Origin: an uncultured cyanobacterium
GTDB lineage: Bacteria; Cyanobacteriota; Cyanobacteriia; Cyanobacteriales; CAWCAG01
Length of the DNA: 64,000 nucleotides
Assembly: GCA_963803805.1 (NCBI GenBank)
Contig: CAWDOD010000005.1
Span: 1-64,000 of the forward strand
Direction of reading: 5' to 3'
Under the pieces are notes generated by a model. It searched no databases and had not been told where the DNA came from. It worked only from the letters and a program-made list of their open reading frames with translations. A program made the position numbers and the translations under genes. How positions within the stretch are numbered: the first letter of the stretch is position 1; each line of letters begins with the position of its first letter. This document shows, in pieces, positions 49,937 through 60,421 of the stretch.

Positions 49937-52354
49937 TTGATTCAATCAGAAACACTCGCATTGTTAGAATGGCCCCGTTTATGCCAGCACCTAGCTACTT
50001 TTGCCTCTACTAAGCTGGGTGTTTTGGCTGCTGAAAACTTAGAACCTTTTGTAAGTCAAGAGGAAAGCCTAAAATTAATCGCTCAAACTCAAGAAATTTA
50101 TGAGTTAGAAATGCGCTTGTTACAAGGGTTATCTTTTGAAGGTATCGAAGATTTTGGTGACTCCCTAGAAAGGGCAAAGTTGGCAGGGATGCTTTCTGGA
50201 GATGAATTTCTCACTATTGCGACAACTTTAGGGGGAATGAGGCGCTTACGTCGCTTAATTGATGATCAACAAGCAGAAATTCCCCAACTAAAAGCCTTGG
50301 TTGCTCAACTACGTACCTATCCAGAATTTGAGCAGGAAATTCATCACTGTATTGATGAACGGGGACAAGTAAGTGATCGCGCTAGTGTTAAGTTAGGGGA
50401 AATTCGTGGGCAACTAAAAGCTTTACGAGAGCAGATTTATCACAAGCTCCAAAATATTATGCAGCGCCAAGGAGGAGCTTTACAACAACAGGTAGTTACC
50501 CAGAGGAGCGATCGCTTTGTCTTAGCGGTGAAAGCACCCCAAAAAGATGCTATTCCTGGTACTGTTCATGATACTTCTAGTACTGGGGCAACTTTGTATG
50601 TAGAACCAAGGAGTGTGGTTAATTTAGGTAATAAGCAGCGTCAATTACAGCGTCAAGAGAAGAAGGAAGAAGAAGTTGTTTTACGGCGGTTGACGGAGAA
50701 GATAAGAGAGATTCAAGAAGATTTAGAACATTTGTTGTTTGTGGCTACAACCTTGGATTTAACCGCAGCTAAAGCTCGTTACAGTTTGTGGTTAGAAGGA
50801 AACGTCCCAAAATTTGTGGATTGGCAACAAGGTGAAACTATTACCCTACGTAACCTCCGCCATCCTTTACTCGTTTGGCAACAAAAGCACGAACAAGGAA
50901 CAGAAGTGGTTCCTATTAATGTACAAATTCAACCGCAAATTAGAGTTGTGGCTATTACTGGACCAAATACTGGGGGCAAAACAGTAACCTTAAAAACCCT
51001 AGGTTTAACTGCATTAATGGCTAAAGCCGGTATTTTCATTCCTGCCACCGAACCGATAGAATTACCTTGGTTTGAGCAGGTTTTAGCGGATATTGGTGAT
51101 GAACAATCCTTGGAACAAAGTTTGTCTACTTTTTCTGGCCATATTCGCCGTATTATTCGAGTTATAGAAGCTATTGCAACTCAAAAAGATACCTTAACCC
51201 CTCAACCTTGTTTAGTCTTACTCGATGAAGTTGGGGCAGGAACAGATCCGGCGGAAGGAAGCGCTTTAGCGATCGCCCTCTTAAAATACTTGGCAGAACG
51301 AGTTCAGCTTACCATTGCTACAACTCATTATGGTGAACTCAAAGCTTTGAAGTATGAAGATGAGCGATTTGAGAATGCTTCGGTGGAATTTGATGATGTT
51401 AGTCTTTCTCCTACCTACCGCCTCTTATGGGGCATTCCTGGACGTTCCAATGCTTTAACCATTGCTCAGCGTTTAGGTTTAGATGGGGGGGTTGTGGAGA
51501 TAGCACAAAGTCTGATGGGAGGCGTTAATAGTGATGTCAATGAAGTTATCGCTGGCTTAGAAGCCCAAAGAAGGGAACAGGAAGAAAAGGCGCAACAAGC
51601 TAAGAAATTAGTGCAACAAGCAGAAAAGTTTTATGAGCAAATCTTAGCTAAAGCCCGTACTTTAGAAGCTAGGGAAAAAGAGTTAAAACTTGCTCAAGAA
51701 CAAGCTATCCAAAAGGTACTCACTGAAGCAAAAGAAGAAGTTGCCCAGGTAATTAGGGATTTACAGCAAAAACCCAAACTTGCTCAAAATGCCCAAAAAG
51801 CTACTGTAGCTTTAAATAAAATTGCTGAAACTAAGTTACCCAAACAAGAGAAAGCCAAACTTCCCAAACCTGGTTATCAGCCCCAAGTTGGTGAAAGAGT
51901 ACGCATTCCCCGTTTAGGACAAACTGCTGAGGTTTTAAGCTCTCCTGATAGCAATGGGGAATTAGCTGTCCGTTTTGGTTTGATGAAAATGAATGTTTCT
52001 TTGGGGGAAATTGAATCTTTAGATGGCAAGAAAGCAGAAGTTCCGACTAAACAAAAATCTTCTCCTACTTCCACCCAGGTAGCTAGCAAAAAAAATGCCC
52101 CGACAGTACGTACTTCCCAAAATACTATAGATATTCGTGGGGAAAGGGTAGCGGATGCGGAAAGGGAATTAGATGATAAAATCGCCTCTATTGCTGTTTC
52201 TGGTAATGTTGCTTGGATTATTCACGGGAAAGGTACTGGACGCTTACGCCAAGGAGTCCAGGAATTTCTGCGCCATCACCCTCAAGTAGAACGTTTTGAG
52301 TTAGCACCGCAAAATGAAGGGGGGGCGGGGGTAACTGTTGCTTACTTGAAATAG
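49937..52354 (+). CDS. mutS2: Endonuclease MutS2
   Basis: ITGPNTGGKT, DIGDEQSLEQSLSTFSGH, LLDEVGAGTDP and a C-terminal Smr domain (IHGKGTG). Confidence 0.96.
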   Translation: MIQSETLALLEWPRLCQHLATFASTKLGVLAAENLEPFVSQEESLKLIAQTQEIYELEMRLLQGLSFEGIEDFGDSLERAKLAGMLSGDEFLTIATTLGGMRRLRRLIDDQQAEIPQLKALVAQLRTYPEFEQEIHHCIDERGQVSDRASVKLGEIRGQLKALREQIYHKLQNIMQRQGGALQQQVVTQRSDRFVLAVKAPQKDAIPGTVHDTSSTGATLYVEPRSVVNLGNKQRQLQRQEKKEEEVVLRRLTEKIREIQEDLEHLLFVATTLDLTAAKARYSLWLEGNVPKFVDWQQGETITLRNLRHPLLVWQQKHEQGTEVVPINVQIQPQIRVVAITGPNTGGKTVTLKTLGLTALMAKAGIFIPATEPIELPWFEQVLADIGDEQSLEQSLSTFSGHIRRIIRVIEAIATQKDTLTPQPCLVLLDEVGAGTDPAEGSALAIALLKYLAERVQLTIATTHYGELKALKYEDERFENASVEFDDVSLSPTYRLLWGIPGRSNALTIAQRLGLDGGVVEIAQSLMGGVNSDVNEVIAGLEAQRREQEEKAQQAKKLVQQAEKFYEQILAKARTLEAREKELKLAQEQAIQKVLTEAKEEVAQVIRDLQQKPKLAQNAQKATVALNKIAETKLPKQEKAKLPKPGYQPQVGERVRIPRLGQTAEVLSSPDSNGELAVRFGLMKMNVSLGEIESLDGKKAEVPTKQKSSPTSTQVASKKNAPTVRTSQNTIDIRGERVADAERELDDKIASIAVSGNVAWIIHGKGTGRLRQGVQEFLRHHPQVERFELAPQNEGGAGVTVAYLK

Positions 52355-52371
52355 AGAGTATAGCTTAGATC

Positions 52372-52436
52372 AGAAAGAAGACCGACGACTGGCCGTGTTT
52401 CGTCTCGGTCTTCTTAACTGGTTCGCTCCTCACACA
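52372..52436 (-). ncRNA. Yfr2 (cyano-1) family small RNA
   Basis: Minus strand TGTGTGAGGAGCGAACCAGTTAAGAAGACCGAGACGAAACACGGCCAGTCGTCGGTCTTCTTTCT: 5' GTGAGGA motif, hairpin with a GAAACA loop, U-rich end. Confidence 0.75.
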
Positions 52437-52441
52437 TTTAT

Positions 52442-52470
52442 ATCTTAGACGAAGAGTCACCCGTTGTCAA
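52442..52470 (-). promoter_or_regulatory. Sigma70-type promoter of the sRNA
   Basis: TTGACA (52470-52465), 17-nt spacer, TAAGAT (52447-52442), 5-6 nt upstream of the predicted 5' end. Confidence 0.75.
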
Positions 52471-52520
52471 AGCAATTTAATAATTATGGCCAATTTAACC
52501 ATGCTCATTACTAAATAGCT

Positions 52521-53399
52521 TCAAAGTTCCAACCTGGCAAAAGCTTCTCGATGCTTTTCTAGTAAGTGTTTGAGGACTATTTGTACTAACCAAAGTATAC
52601 CTAATCTCCCTTGAGCTAATAGAAGGTTCGTTTCTTTTACTTCCCCCCAAATACGGCAGTAGCGATGAAAAGCCAACATACACTCACTTAAATGAGTCGC
52701 CGACTTGAACCAATTAGAGTCAGCCTGGACAGTTATAATTAATTGCTCAATTAACCTTCGCTCTGCTGTATCGGTTAGCCTCAAATGACCCTGACGATCT
52801 AACCAAGGAATTGGCAAAGGTTCTAGCCATTCTCCATGAGGGCTGATTTTAATTAAACCCTGACGACTTCCTAAATGTAGTAGAGAATGACAGCGACTAT
52901 AGGCATACTCAAGAGGGAAAAGACTAACTTGCTCCTTTGCCTTATTTAATTCTAGGGTGGGTAAAAGTTGAGGTAAATTATCTAACCACAAAACTAATCC
53001 TCTCTCCTCTAGATAAAAATCCAACCATCCTGGTTCAATTACTCGAATAACAAAATCCAAACTAGGTTGCTTTGGGAATATTTCCCTTTCTTGAGATAGA
53101 AATTGAGCTAACTGGCAAGCAACCTCTAGAGTTGATAAATTGCTAGTATTAGCTAACTTAAAGGCGATCGCGCAACGATAAACAATACCCCAAGAATTCA
53201 ACCTTTGGGCAGGAATTTTTTTCAGTGTGAGTCCAGATAAGGGATAATTGAGGGTTACAGTAGGCTCACGCCATTGTGACCACTTCTCCAAAACCCATAA
53301 CAACTTCTCCTGTAACAAGTGATCCAAAAGGCAACTTTTTAATACAACCCTTAAAGGAAAACACCGCAAGGTAGTATTTTTTGTTACTTTATATTCCAT
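52521..53399 (-). CDS. Stand-alone ArgRS-like protein (N-terminal Arg_tRNA_synt_N + DALR anticodon-binding domains)
   Basis: YRCAIAFKLA, PGWLDF, LEYAYSRCHSLL, FHRYCRIW and QGRLGIL motifs; no HIGH catalytic core; start uncertain. Confidence 0.75.
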   Translation of the reverse strand: MEYKVTKNTTLRCFPLRVVLKSCLLDHLLQEKLLWVLEKWSQWREPTVTLNYPLSGLTLKKIPAQRLNSWGIVYRCAIAFKLANTSNLSTLEVACQLAQFLSQEREIFPKQPSLDFVIRVIEPGWLDFYLEERGLVLWLDNLPQLLPTLELNKAKEQVSLFPLEYAYSRCHSLLHLGSRQGLIKISPHGEWLEPLPIPWLDRQGHLRLTDTAERRLIEQLIITVQADSNWFKSATHLSECMLAFHRYCRIWGEVKETNLLLAQGRLGILWLVQIVLKHLLEKHREAFARLEL

Positions 53400-53442
53400 A
53401 GAAAATATCTGATAAGCTGTTATTTCAGCTAAATTTCTACTT

Positions 53443-54123
53443 ATGCATTCTTCGACTAAGCCACCAGAAGCATCTCGTAACTTTTCAACCTGGCAACACA
53501 TTTTTAACTGGGCGCAGGCTCATTACCGAGATAGAAGTTTCACCAAAGACGAGCAGATACCTGCCCGTCCAGGACTACTATACTTAGTAGAAAAGGGTGC
53601 TATTCGCCTAGTGGGAACAGCTAATGACAGCGATAGTAAAAACACCCAAAACCAAAAGTTTGAAGAAGCTTTTTTAGGTTTTGTGGGTGTTAGCCAACCC
53701 TTTGAAATTGTTACCCATTCCCCTTTTACCTTGCAAGCTTATGCCCATGTTGATCAAACTAAAGTAGTTTGGATGTATTGGCACGATTTGGATAATTGGC
53801 CCGAATTTCGCCGGGAAGTTTTAGATGCTTTTCGTTATCAACATCAGCGTAAACTTTTGTGGTTAAGTACCCTGGGACAAAGAAGAACCATTGACCGACT
53901 ATTAGGATTCATTACTCTCTTGGTAGAAGAATATGGCGAATCTAGAGAACACGGCTACTGCTTGCCTTATCCTTTAACCCACGCTCAAATAGGTAGCGCC
54001 ATCGGTTCTACTCGTGTCACTGTAACCCGTTTAATGGGTAAACTGCGACAACAAGGTTTAATTGCCGTAGAAGGGGATAACTTAATTTGTTTGCCTTCTG
54101 TTTATGTTCCTTCAGAAAACTAA
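53443..54123 (+). CDS. Crp/Fnr family transcriptional regulator
   Basis: LYLVEKGAIRL; HTH LTHAQIGSAIGSTRVTVTRLMGKL. Confidence 0.92.
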   Translation: MHSSTKPPEASRNFSTWQHIFNWAQAHYRDRSFTKDEQIPARPGLLYLVEKGAIRLVGTANDSDSKNTQNQKFEEAFLGFVGVSQPFEIVTHSPFTLQAYAHVDQTKVVWMYWHDLDNWPEFRREVLDAFRYQHQRKLLWLSTLGQRRTIDRLLGFITLLVEEYGESREHGYCLPYPLTHAQIGSAIGSTRVTVTRLMGKLRQQGLIAVEGDNLICLPSVYVPSEN

Positions 54124-54168
54124 ATCTTTAATCATTAAAGTTCCTATCTTACTTACTCAATACTTCCT

Positions 54169-55230
54169 ATGTCTTCAGTAGATACTCAAACAAGCTCTTC
54201 TGAAATCTTAACTGAGTCAGAACGTAGTTTACCTGTCACCATTGTTACTGGTTTTTTGGGTAGCGGTAAAACAACTTTACTCAACCACATTTTAACTAAC
54301 CAGCAAGGGGTAAAAACGGCAGTTCTAGTTAATGAATTTGGTGAAATTGGTATTGATAATGAGCTAATCATCAGTACCGAAGATGATATGGTAGAACTCA
54401 ATAATGGCTGTGTTTGCTGCACTATCAACAATGATTTAGTTGATGCTGTTTATAAGCTTCTTGAACGTAAAGAAGAAATAGATTATATCGTTGTGGAAAC
54501 CACTGGTTTAGCAGATCCTTTACCTGTTGCCCTAAGTTTCTTGGGTACGGAGTTGCGAGATATGACTCGCCTTGATTCCATAGTCACTATGGTGGATGCA
54601 GAGAACTTTAGTTTAGATCAATTTGAGAGTGAAGCAGCTTACAATCAAATCGCCTATGGAGACGTAATTCTCCTCAACAAAACGGATTTAGTTGATGAAG
54701 GGGATGTTGACTCTTTAGAGTTAAAAATTAGGGACATTAAAACTGATGCCAGAATCATCCGCACCCAAAAAGCTCAAGTCTCTTTGCCCTTGATTCTAAG
54801 TGTTGGTCTTTTTGAATCTGACCATTATTTCCAAGAAATGAAAGAGGATCACAAACATAATCACGATCATAATCATGAACATCATGATCACGATCACCAC
54901 TCCCATCACCTAGAAAATGATGGCTTTACCTCTCTTTCTTTTGAGAGTGATAAACCTTTTTCTTTGAGAAAATTCCAGCACTTTCTTGATAACCAAATTC
55001 CTGTAAATGTTTTTCGTGCCAAAGGTATTCTTTGGTTCCAAGAAAGCCCCCATCGTCATATCTTTCATTTGAGTGGTAAGCGTTTTACCATTGAAGATGA
55101 AGAACAAATCGAAAATCCCAAAAACCAAATTGTCTTAATTGGGCAAAATTTGGATATTGATCGCCTGCGAAAACAGTTAGAAGATTGTTTAACATTGCCT
55201 TCTAAAAGTCGTGGCAAAGGTTTTGGTTGA
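54169..55230 (+). CDS. CobW/COG0523 family metallochaperone GTPase
   Basis: GFLGSGKTT, GCVCC, ETTGLADP, NKTD and a His-rich insert. Confidence 0.93.
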   Translation: MSSVDTQTSSSEILTESERSLPVTIVTGFLGSGKTTLLNHILTNQQGVKTAVLVNEFGEIGIDNELIISTEDDMVELNNGCVCCTINNDLVDAVYKLLERKEEIDYIVVETTGLADPLPVALSFLGTELRDMTRLDSIVTMVDAENFSLDQFESEAAYNQIAYGDVILLNKTDLVDEGDVDSLELKIRDIKTDARIIRTQKAQVSLPLILSVGLFESDHYFQEMKEDHKHNHDHNHEHHDHDHHSHHLENDGFTSLSFESDKPFSLRKFQHFLDNQIPVNVFRAKGILWFQESPHRHIFHLSGKRFTIEDEEQIENPKNQIVLIGQNLDIDRLRKQLEDCLTLPSKSRGKGFG

Positions 55231-55334
55231 ATGGCGATCGCCAGCTAGGGGGTCAGGAAACTGGGGCATAATAATACTATTCTCTACCAACTTTATCGCC
55301 ATTAGCCATTAGCAACTAGCTATTAGCAAACCTC

Positions 55335-55817
55335 ATGCGCGTTTTAATCCAGCGAGTTACTTCTTCCCAGGTAGAGGTAGACGGAAAAATCATCGGTCAA
55401 ATTGGGCAGGGGCTAAATCTTTTCGTGGGGATTGCCCATACAGATACCGAAGCCGAATTAGACTGGATGGCTAAAAAATGTTTAGATTTACGCCTTTTTC
55501 CTAACTTTGAACTAAGGGGCGATCGCCCTGAACTCTCAGTTAAAGATATCAAAGGAGAATTACTAGTCGTAAGTCAATTTACACTCTACGGCGACTGTCG
55601 CAAAGGTCGTCGTCCCTCCTTTAGCGCTGCTGCCCCTCCAGGGATAGCAAAAAAACTTTATGAGGAATTTGTAATGAAGTTAAAAGAAAGTAACTTAAAG
55701 GTCGAAACAGGTCAATTTGGAGCCATGATGCAAGTGACTATTAACAACGATGGCCCAGTGACTTTATGGTTGGAAAGAGAAGCAGTTTCGGGTCAAAAGT
55801 CATTAGCGATAAGCTAG
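55335..55817 (+). CDS. dtd: D-aminoacyl-tRNA deacylase
   Basis: [19 protein letters not shown] and NDGPVT motifs. Confidence 0.96.
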   Translation: MRVLIQRVTSSQVEVDGKIIGQIGQGLNLFVGIAHTDTEAELDWMAKKCLDLRLFPNFELRGDRPELSVKDIKGELLVVSQFTLYGDCRKGRRPSFSAAAPPGIAKKLYEEFVMKLKESNLKVETGQFGAMMQVTINNDGPVTLWLEREAVSGQKSLAIS

Positions 55818-55986
55818 TTGCTAATTGCTAATTGCTAGTCGCTAGTCGCTAAAATCTTAAACTTCAGAATTATGTTTTTATCACCAATTCTTGTTGTATA
55901 AGTGAGAAAATAGGCAGTTTTTGTGGTTTGAAAAGTGATTTAAAGCCTAGAAATTTTGCACTTCTATCTTTGGATATATCATTCTT

Positions 55987-56271
55987 GTGACAATTCTTTT
56001 CCAAGAACGAAGGTTTAATCAACTGGAATTAAGGAGCCGTAGATGGCCCTTTATTCCCCCTAGAAAGGTTGGAAGAGAGGGAGTTGACTATAGAGACAGA
56101 CCCATCAAAGACGATGTACCCAGATTTCAACAAGAGAGAGGCTTTCCATGGTATCAAAGAAAGTATCGGCGTTTGGTGGTGCGCTGGGAACGCTTGCCAA
56201 AAGTATTTGATGGTTTCTTGGCTTTAGCCACTATTCATCTGTGGATTACTAAAATTATCTTAGTGGGATAG
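55987..56271 (+). pseudogene. IS5-family transposase C-terminal remnant
   Basis: RFQQERGFPWYQRKYRRLVVRWER...FLALATIHLW; the N-terminal DDE part is absent. Confidence 0.75.
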
Positions 56272-56450
56272 GTTTATGGCTAGCTAACCAAATAAGCCAA
56301 TGGTGCGGTGTAGAGATTACAAAAGTTGCTACTGAGCGCACAATTTAAAGGTTGCAAAATATTATAAAAAAATCTTTTTTTAAGCTGTTTTTCTATTCTC
56401 AAAGCACCTTACAATTGATCACTGCTATCTTTACGAATAACTGGTGAGCA

Positions 56451-57575
56451 ATGGTAAATGGTATTAGTTCTAGGGGTGAGGTAATTATTGTCGGTGGTGG
56501 CGTTATTGGGCTTTCTATCGCCATTGAACTAAAATTGCGGGGTGCTGGTGTCACAGTCCTCAGCCGCAGCTTCCAAGAAGCCACAGGTCATGTTGCGGCG
56601 GGAATGCTTGCCCCCCAAGCGGAACAAATTCCCCCTAGTCCGATGTTAGAATTGTGCGATTCCAGTCTTTCCATTTACAAAGATTGGACAGGAAAGTTAG
56701 AAAGTATCACAGGATTAGATACAGGTTACTGGAATTGCGGTATTCTCGCTCCTGTTTACCAGGAAGACTCGCCTACTAACACCCTCACAGATTCTCCCTC
56801 TCGCCAATGGCTTAATCAAGAGGCAATTACTCAACGCCAACCTAACTTAGGGGCAGATGTAATCGGGGGTTGGTGGTATCCCCAAGATGGACAGGTTGAT
56901 AATCGTCGTGCCTTAATGAAAGTGCTAAGGGTTGCAACTCAAGAATTAGGAGTTAATTGGCACGAAGGAGTCGAAGTAAAAGAAATTCTCCATTCTCCCC
57001 GCAAAGAAGTTGTCGCCCTCAAAACCAATCGAGGTATGATTCAAGGTTCTCATTATATTGTCGCTACAGGAGCTTGGAGTCAACAACTTTTACCAATACC
57101 TGTTTATGCCAAAAAAGGGCAGATGCTTTCGGTTAAAGTTCCCCCAGGAAAAGAGAAACTCCCCTTAAAACAAATACTATTTGGGCAGCAAATTTATATC
57201 GTCCCGCGTCGAGATGGTTTAATTGTCATCGGGGCTACCTCAGAAAATGTTGGTTTTACTCCCCACAATACTCCATCAGGAATTCAACAATTACTTACCC
57301 AAGCCACTCGCCTTTATCCCCTCCTAGATAATTTCCCTATCCAAGAATTTTGGTGGGGATATCGCCCTGCCACCCCGGACGAATTGCCTATCTTAGGTAC
57401 TAGCCCTTGGCCAAACCTAACCCTAGCAACAGGACATTACCGCAATGGTATTCTCCTTGCTCCTATTACAGCAAGTTTAATAACTGACTTAGTTTGGCAA
57501 CAAAAAATTGACCCTTTATTAACTAACTTCCGTTGGGATCGTTTTGAGCTTAATGATTGCTTAGATTTTCCCTAA
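56451..57575 (+). CDS. thiO: Glycine oxidase ThiO
   Basis: GGGVIG, AAGMLAPQAE, GYRPATPD and GHYRNGILLAP motifs. Confidence 0.93.
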   Translation: MVNGISSRGEVIIVGGGVIGLSIAIELKLRGAGVTVLSRSFQEATGHVAAGMLAPQAEQIPPSPMLELCDSSLSIYKDWTGKLESITGLDTGYWNCGILAPVYQEDSPTNTLTDSPSRQWLNQEAITQRQPNLGADVIGGWWYPQDGQVDNRRALMKVLRVATQELGVNWHEGVEVKEILHSPRKEVVALKTNRGMIQGSHYIVATGAWSQQLLPIPVYAKKGQMLSVKVPPGKEKLPLKQILFGQQIYIVPRRDGLIVIGATSENVGFTPHNTPSGIQQLLTQATRLYPLLDNFPIQEFWWGYRPATPDELPILGTSPWPNLTLATGHYRNGILLAPITASLITDLVWQQKIDPLLTNFRWDRFELNDCLDFP

Positions 57576-57632
57576 TTCCTATGATGGAGAGAAAAGTAAT
57601 CCTCCAGAAGGATTTTTCTTAATATCCACTGA

Positions 57633-58022
57633 ATGCACGAGATTATGCCTACGCCATTAGAGTCAAAAGAACAACAAATCAAGGTTATCGAAGCCCATGC
57701 AGATTACTTTGGTGCGATCGCCTATAAAGGTTACACCGAAGCAAAAGAAAAAGGCACTCTGATTATTCTGAGGCAATTGGAGCAAAATCTTGAAACCTTA
57801 GAAAACTGGCAACTCAAGTTTAAGACTATGACTACCATCCCCTTAACCATTAGCGATTGGAAAGAAGCGGGTTTACAAGAATTGCTAATTAAATACAATC
57901 CTGAAGTTTCGGTAATTTGTACTTTTCTCTATCCTAATGGGGCCCATGCCAGTTATCATTTCACTACCCAATCTCCCCCTCCTATACTATTGCAAGGACT
58001 ATTAAAAGGAAAAACCAATTAG
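57633..58022 (+). CDS. Hypothetical protein
   Basis: 129-aa ORF with native-looking composition and a HIP1 site; no motif recognised. Confidence 0.6.
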   Translation: MHEIMPTPLESKEQQIKVIEAHADYFGAIAYKGYTEAKEKGTLIILRQLEQNLETLENWQLKFKTMTTIPLTISDWKEAGLQELLIKYNPEVSVICTFLYPNGAHASYHFTTQSPPPILLQGLLKGKTN

Positions 58023-58047
58023 TGTAAGCTTGGATTCTAGAAAAGAG

Positions 58048-58377
58048 TTAGTTAGATTCAGTTTGTTTTGCAAGCCAATTTAAGTAGGGTTGGGAACCCG
58101 CCACAATAGGTATAGCGATAATTTCTGGAACTTCGTAGGAATGGATAGCAAGAACCTTTTCCTCTATCTTCTTAAATTTATGCAAATGGGTTTTAATCGT
58201 TAATTGCCATTCGCACTCATTATGAACTTCCCCTTGCCAGGTATAAAGGGAGCGAATGGGGGTAATGCTTACGCAGGCAGCTAACTTATTGGCAACCAGG
58301 GAGGTAGCGATGCTATCAGCTTCTTCCTGGCTAGAAGTTGTTACCAACACAAGTCCGTAACCTTCAACATTCAACAT
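58048..58377 (-). CDS. cutA: Divalent-cation tolerance protein CutA
   Basis: LAACVS, SLYTWQG and HSYEVPEII motifs. Confidence 0.93.
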   Translation of the reverse strand: MLNVEGYGLVLVTTSSQEEADSIATSLVANKLAACVSITPIRSLYTWQGEVHNECEWQLTIKTHLHKFKKIEEKVLAIHSYEVPEIIAIPIVAGSQPYLNWLAKQTESN

Positions 58378-58402
58378 TTGTCAATGCCTAATTCTGCCTT
58401 GG

Positions 58403-59332
58403 TCAAACTTTATAAACCTGACCATCAATGAGCAGTAAATTAATACCTTTAGCCTGTAAATAGGGACTAGTTTTTTGGAACATAGCACCATCGGGAACTT
58501 TAATTACCCGTTGAGAGCGATTAGAAAAACGCCTTGCTACTCGATGATTATCAAAGACAGGTAGAGTTCTTTGTTGTACTTCCTCTTTGGGAATGTGACC
58601 AAGATCCCTGAATTCTTTGAGAGGACGAGTAATCAATTCAGCAGCCCTATCTATAACCACATAACAGGTTTTTGGTAAAGCAGCTTCGGAAATAGGGAAG
58701 ATGCTAACGTCTGTTGAGCGGGGGTGAGGTTGATAAATGGTTTCATCATCATCATCATCATCATCATCGTCATCATCCCAATCGTCATCATCATCAGAGA
58801 TATCTTCCCCTAACATTTCTCCGAGAACAGCTAAATCACCATGTTCATCATCATCTTCATCTTCATCTTCTTCTTCATGCTCCTCAACAAAGACAGGTAA
58901 TTTGAGCTGAGTTTGGGGAATAGGCTCTTGTTCTTCTTCTTCTAAAGAAGAACGTCGTCGGCGACGGCGCAGAGAACTGGCTGGTTTTTCTTCAGCTAAT
59001 ATTGGCTCCTGTTTTGGTTTAAGTGTGATTTTCTCTAGTTGAAGCGGTTTTTCTTCCTCATTAGTTTCTGAAGAATCAGTATCCGGTTGAGACGGTTTTT
59101 CTTCCTCATCAGTTTTTGGAGAATCATTATCTCGATTAGGAGTACGACTTAAGCGTTTTTGCTGAATCAACTCTTCATATTCAGATTCTGATAGCCTACT
59201 TTTAAGAAAACGGCTAATGGTTGAACTACTCACACCATAGCGTTCTGCTAGGGTTGAAGTAGTCTCTCCTGTATCTCTATACAGGTTGAGAATTTCATTT
59301 CTGTTAGTATCAGTAAGTTTTCTTGGACTCAT
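58403..59332 (-). CDS. Conserved cyanobacterial protein with N-terminal HTH and acidic linker
   Basis: TTSTLAERYGVSSSTISRFLK HTH, poly-Asp tract, conserved C-terminus (LPVFDNHRVARRFS). Confidence 0.8.
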   Translation of the reverse strand: MSPRKLTDTNRNEILNLYRDTGETTSTLAERYGVSSSTISRFLKSRLSESEYEELIQQKRLSRTPNRDNDSPKTDEEEKPSQPDTDSSETNEEEKPLQLEKITLKPKQEPILAEEKPASSLRRRRRRSSLEEEEQEPIPQTQLKLPVFVEEHEEEDEDEDDDEHGDLAVLGEMLGEDISDDDDDWDDDDDDDDDDDETIYQPHPRSTDVSIFPISEAALPKTCYVVIDRAAELITRPLKEFRDLGHIPKEEVQQRTLPVFDNHRVARRFSNRSQRVIKVPDGAMFQKTSPYLQAKGINLLLIDGQVYKV

Positions 59333-59343
59333 GCTATCTCCAC

Positions 59344-60378
59344 TTAGCCCCGTTTACGCCTACCTCGACCACCTCGACGAGAACGGCTCGATATATCATA
59401 TTCTAGGGCCGCTCCGATAGCAAATAACACAGCACTAAAGATATAAAATACCTCTAGTAAACTGCCACTTTCATAGTCAGGCAGGGTAGCAGTATATTTG
59501 AACCACATATCAGCTATGTATAAAGCTAGAGTTGCTGCTGCTATAGTACGCCAGGACTGGGAGAAACGGCCACCCCAGAAAGCCAGTAGTAGAGTTGTCG
59601 CAACAATCAATAAAAATACATCTGCCACTATATAAAATAGGTTGACTGGTCTAGATAACTTTTCTAAGGAGTCATTGAGGGATTGAACCCAGACAGGAGC
59701 GCTAGATTCTGACTCTGCTTCCTCGTCTAAAACTGGGGTAGGAGAAGGAGGTGTCGTTGGAGTTGTTGGAGAAATACTAGGGGATGGTGCAGGTTGTTGT
59801 GCTTGTACAAGAAATTGCTGAGTTGCTTTAGCACTCCACCCATGTACTTCAATTGCTTCTGCTGGAGCAGCTAAAGTAATTAAAGTAGCAAAAGCGATCC
59901 CTACCACAGCTATTCCGGCTACAGTTAACCACTGCCACCTTTCTAAATTTAAGCGCCGAGGCAGTACAGCCAAGATCATACCCCAACTAATGAAAATGTA
60001 AAAAGCTATGTAGAACAAATCGGCAGGAGAAACATCGGGATCAAGATTCCAGCGTAATTCCCACCAACCAAAGAGTAAGTTCCCGACTAAATAACAAGCC
60101 ATAGCCAAACCTATGCCTAACCAGACATTTCTACCACTGGCAATTTGAGGACTGCGCCAATTACGAAAACATAGTATGGTGGCCGCTAAAAAAGGTATAC
60201 ACTCCAAGATATATGTACCAAACAAATACCAGAAGGGACTATCTTGATCAGGAACGGGAGTGCTAAATAATAAAAAGAACAATAACGAGAAAATTGCCCA
60301 AGCGATACCCGCATAAACTATATTTTGACCGCTCGCGAGTTCTTGTAACCCTGATATTTTTTTGGCAGAGCGTCTCAT
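59344..60378 (-). CDS. Conserved multi-pass membrane protein
   Basis: About 8-9 hydrophobic helices; SPADLFY and FWGGRFSQSW motifs. Confidence 0.75.
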   Translation of the reverse strand: MRRSAKKISGLQELASGQNIVYAGIAWAIFSLLFFLLFSTPVPDQDSPFWYLFGTYILECIPFLAATILCFRNWRSPQIASGRNVWLGIGLAMACYLVGNLLFGWWELRWNLDPDVSPADLFYIAFYIFISWGMILAVLPRRLNLERWQWLTVAGIAVVGIAFATLITLAAPAEAIEVHGWSAKATQQFLVQAQQPAPSPSISPTTPTTPPSPTPVLDEEAESESSAPVWVQSLNDSLEKLSRPVNLFYIVADVFLLIVATTLLLAFWGGRFSQSWRTIAAATLALYIADMWFKYTATLPDYESGSLLEVFYIFSAVLFAIGAALEYDISSRSRRGGRGRRKRG

Positions 60379-60421
60379 AAGACTTCACAAAGATGCAAAT
60401 TAAGGAAAAAGCTAGGTTGGA

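Noticed and set aside
58714..58905. Poly-His plus-strand ORF
   Set aside because: Antisense reading of the (GAT)n poly-Asp tract
58403..59332. HTH protein as a transposase
   Set aside because: No DDE motif, TIRs or TSD; it lies in a conserved-looking three-gene run
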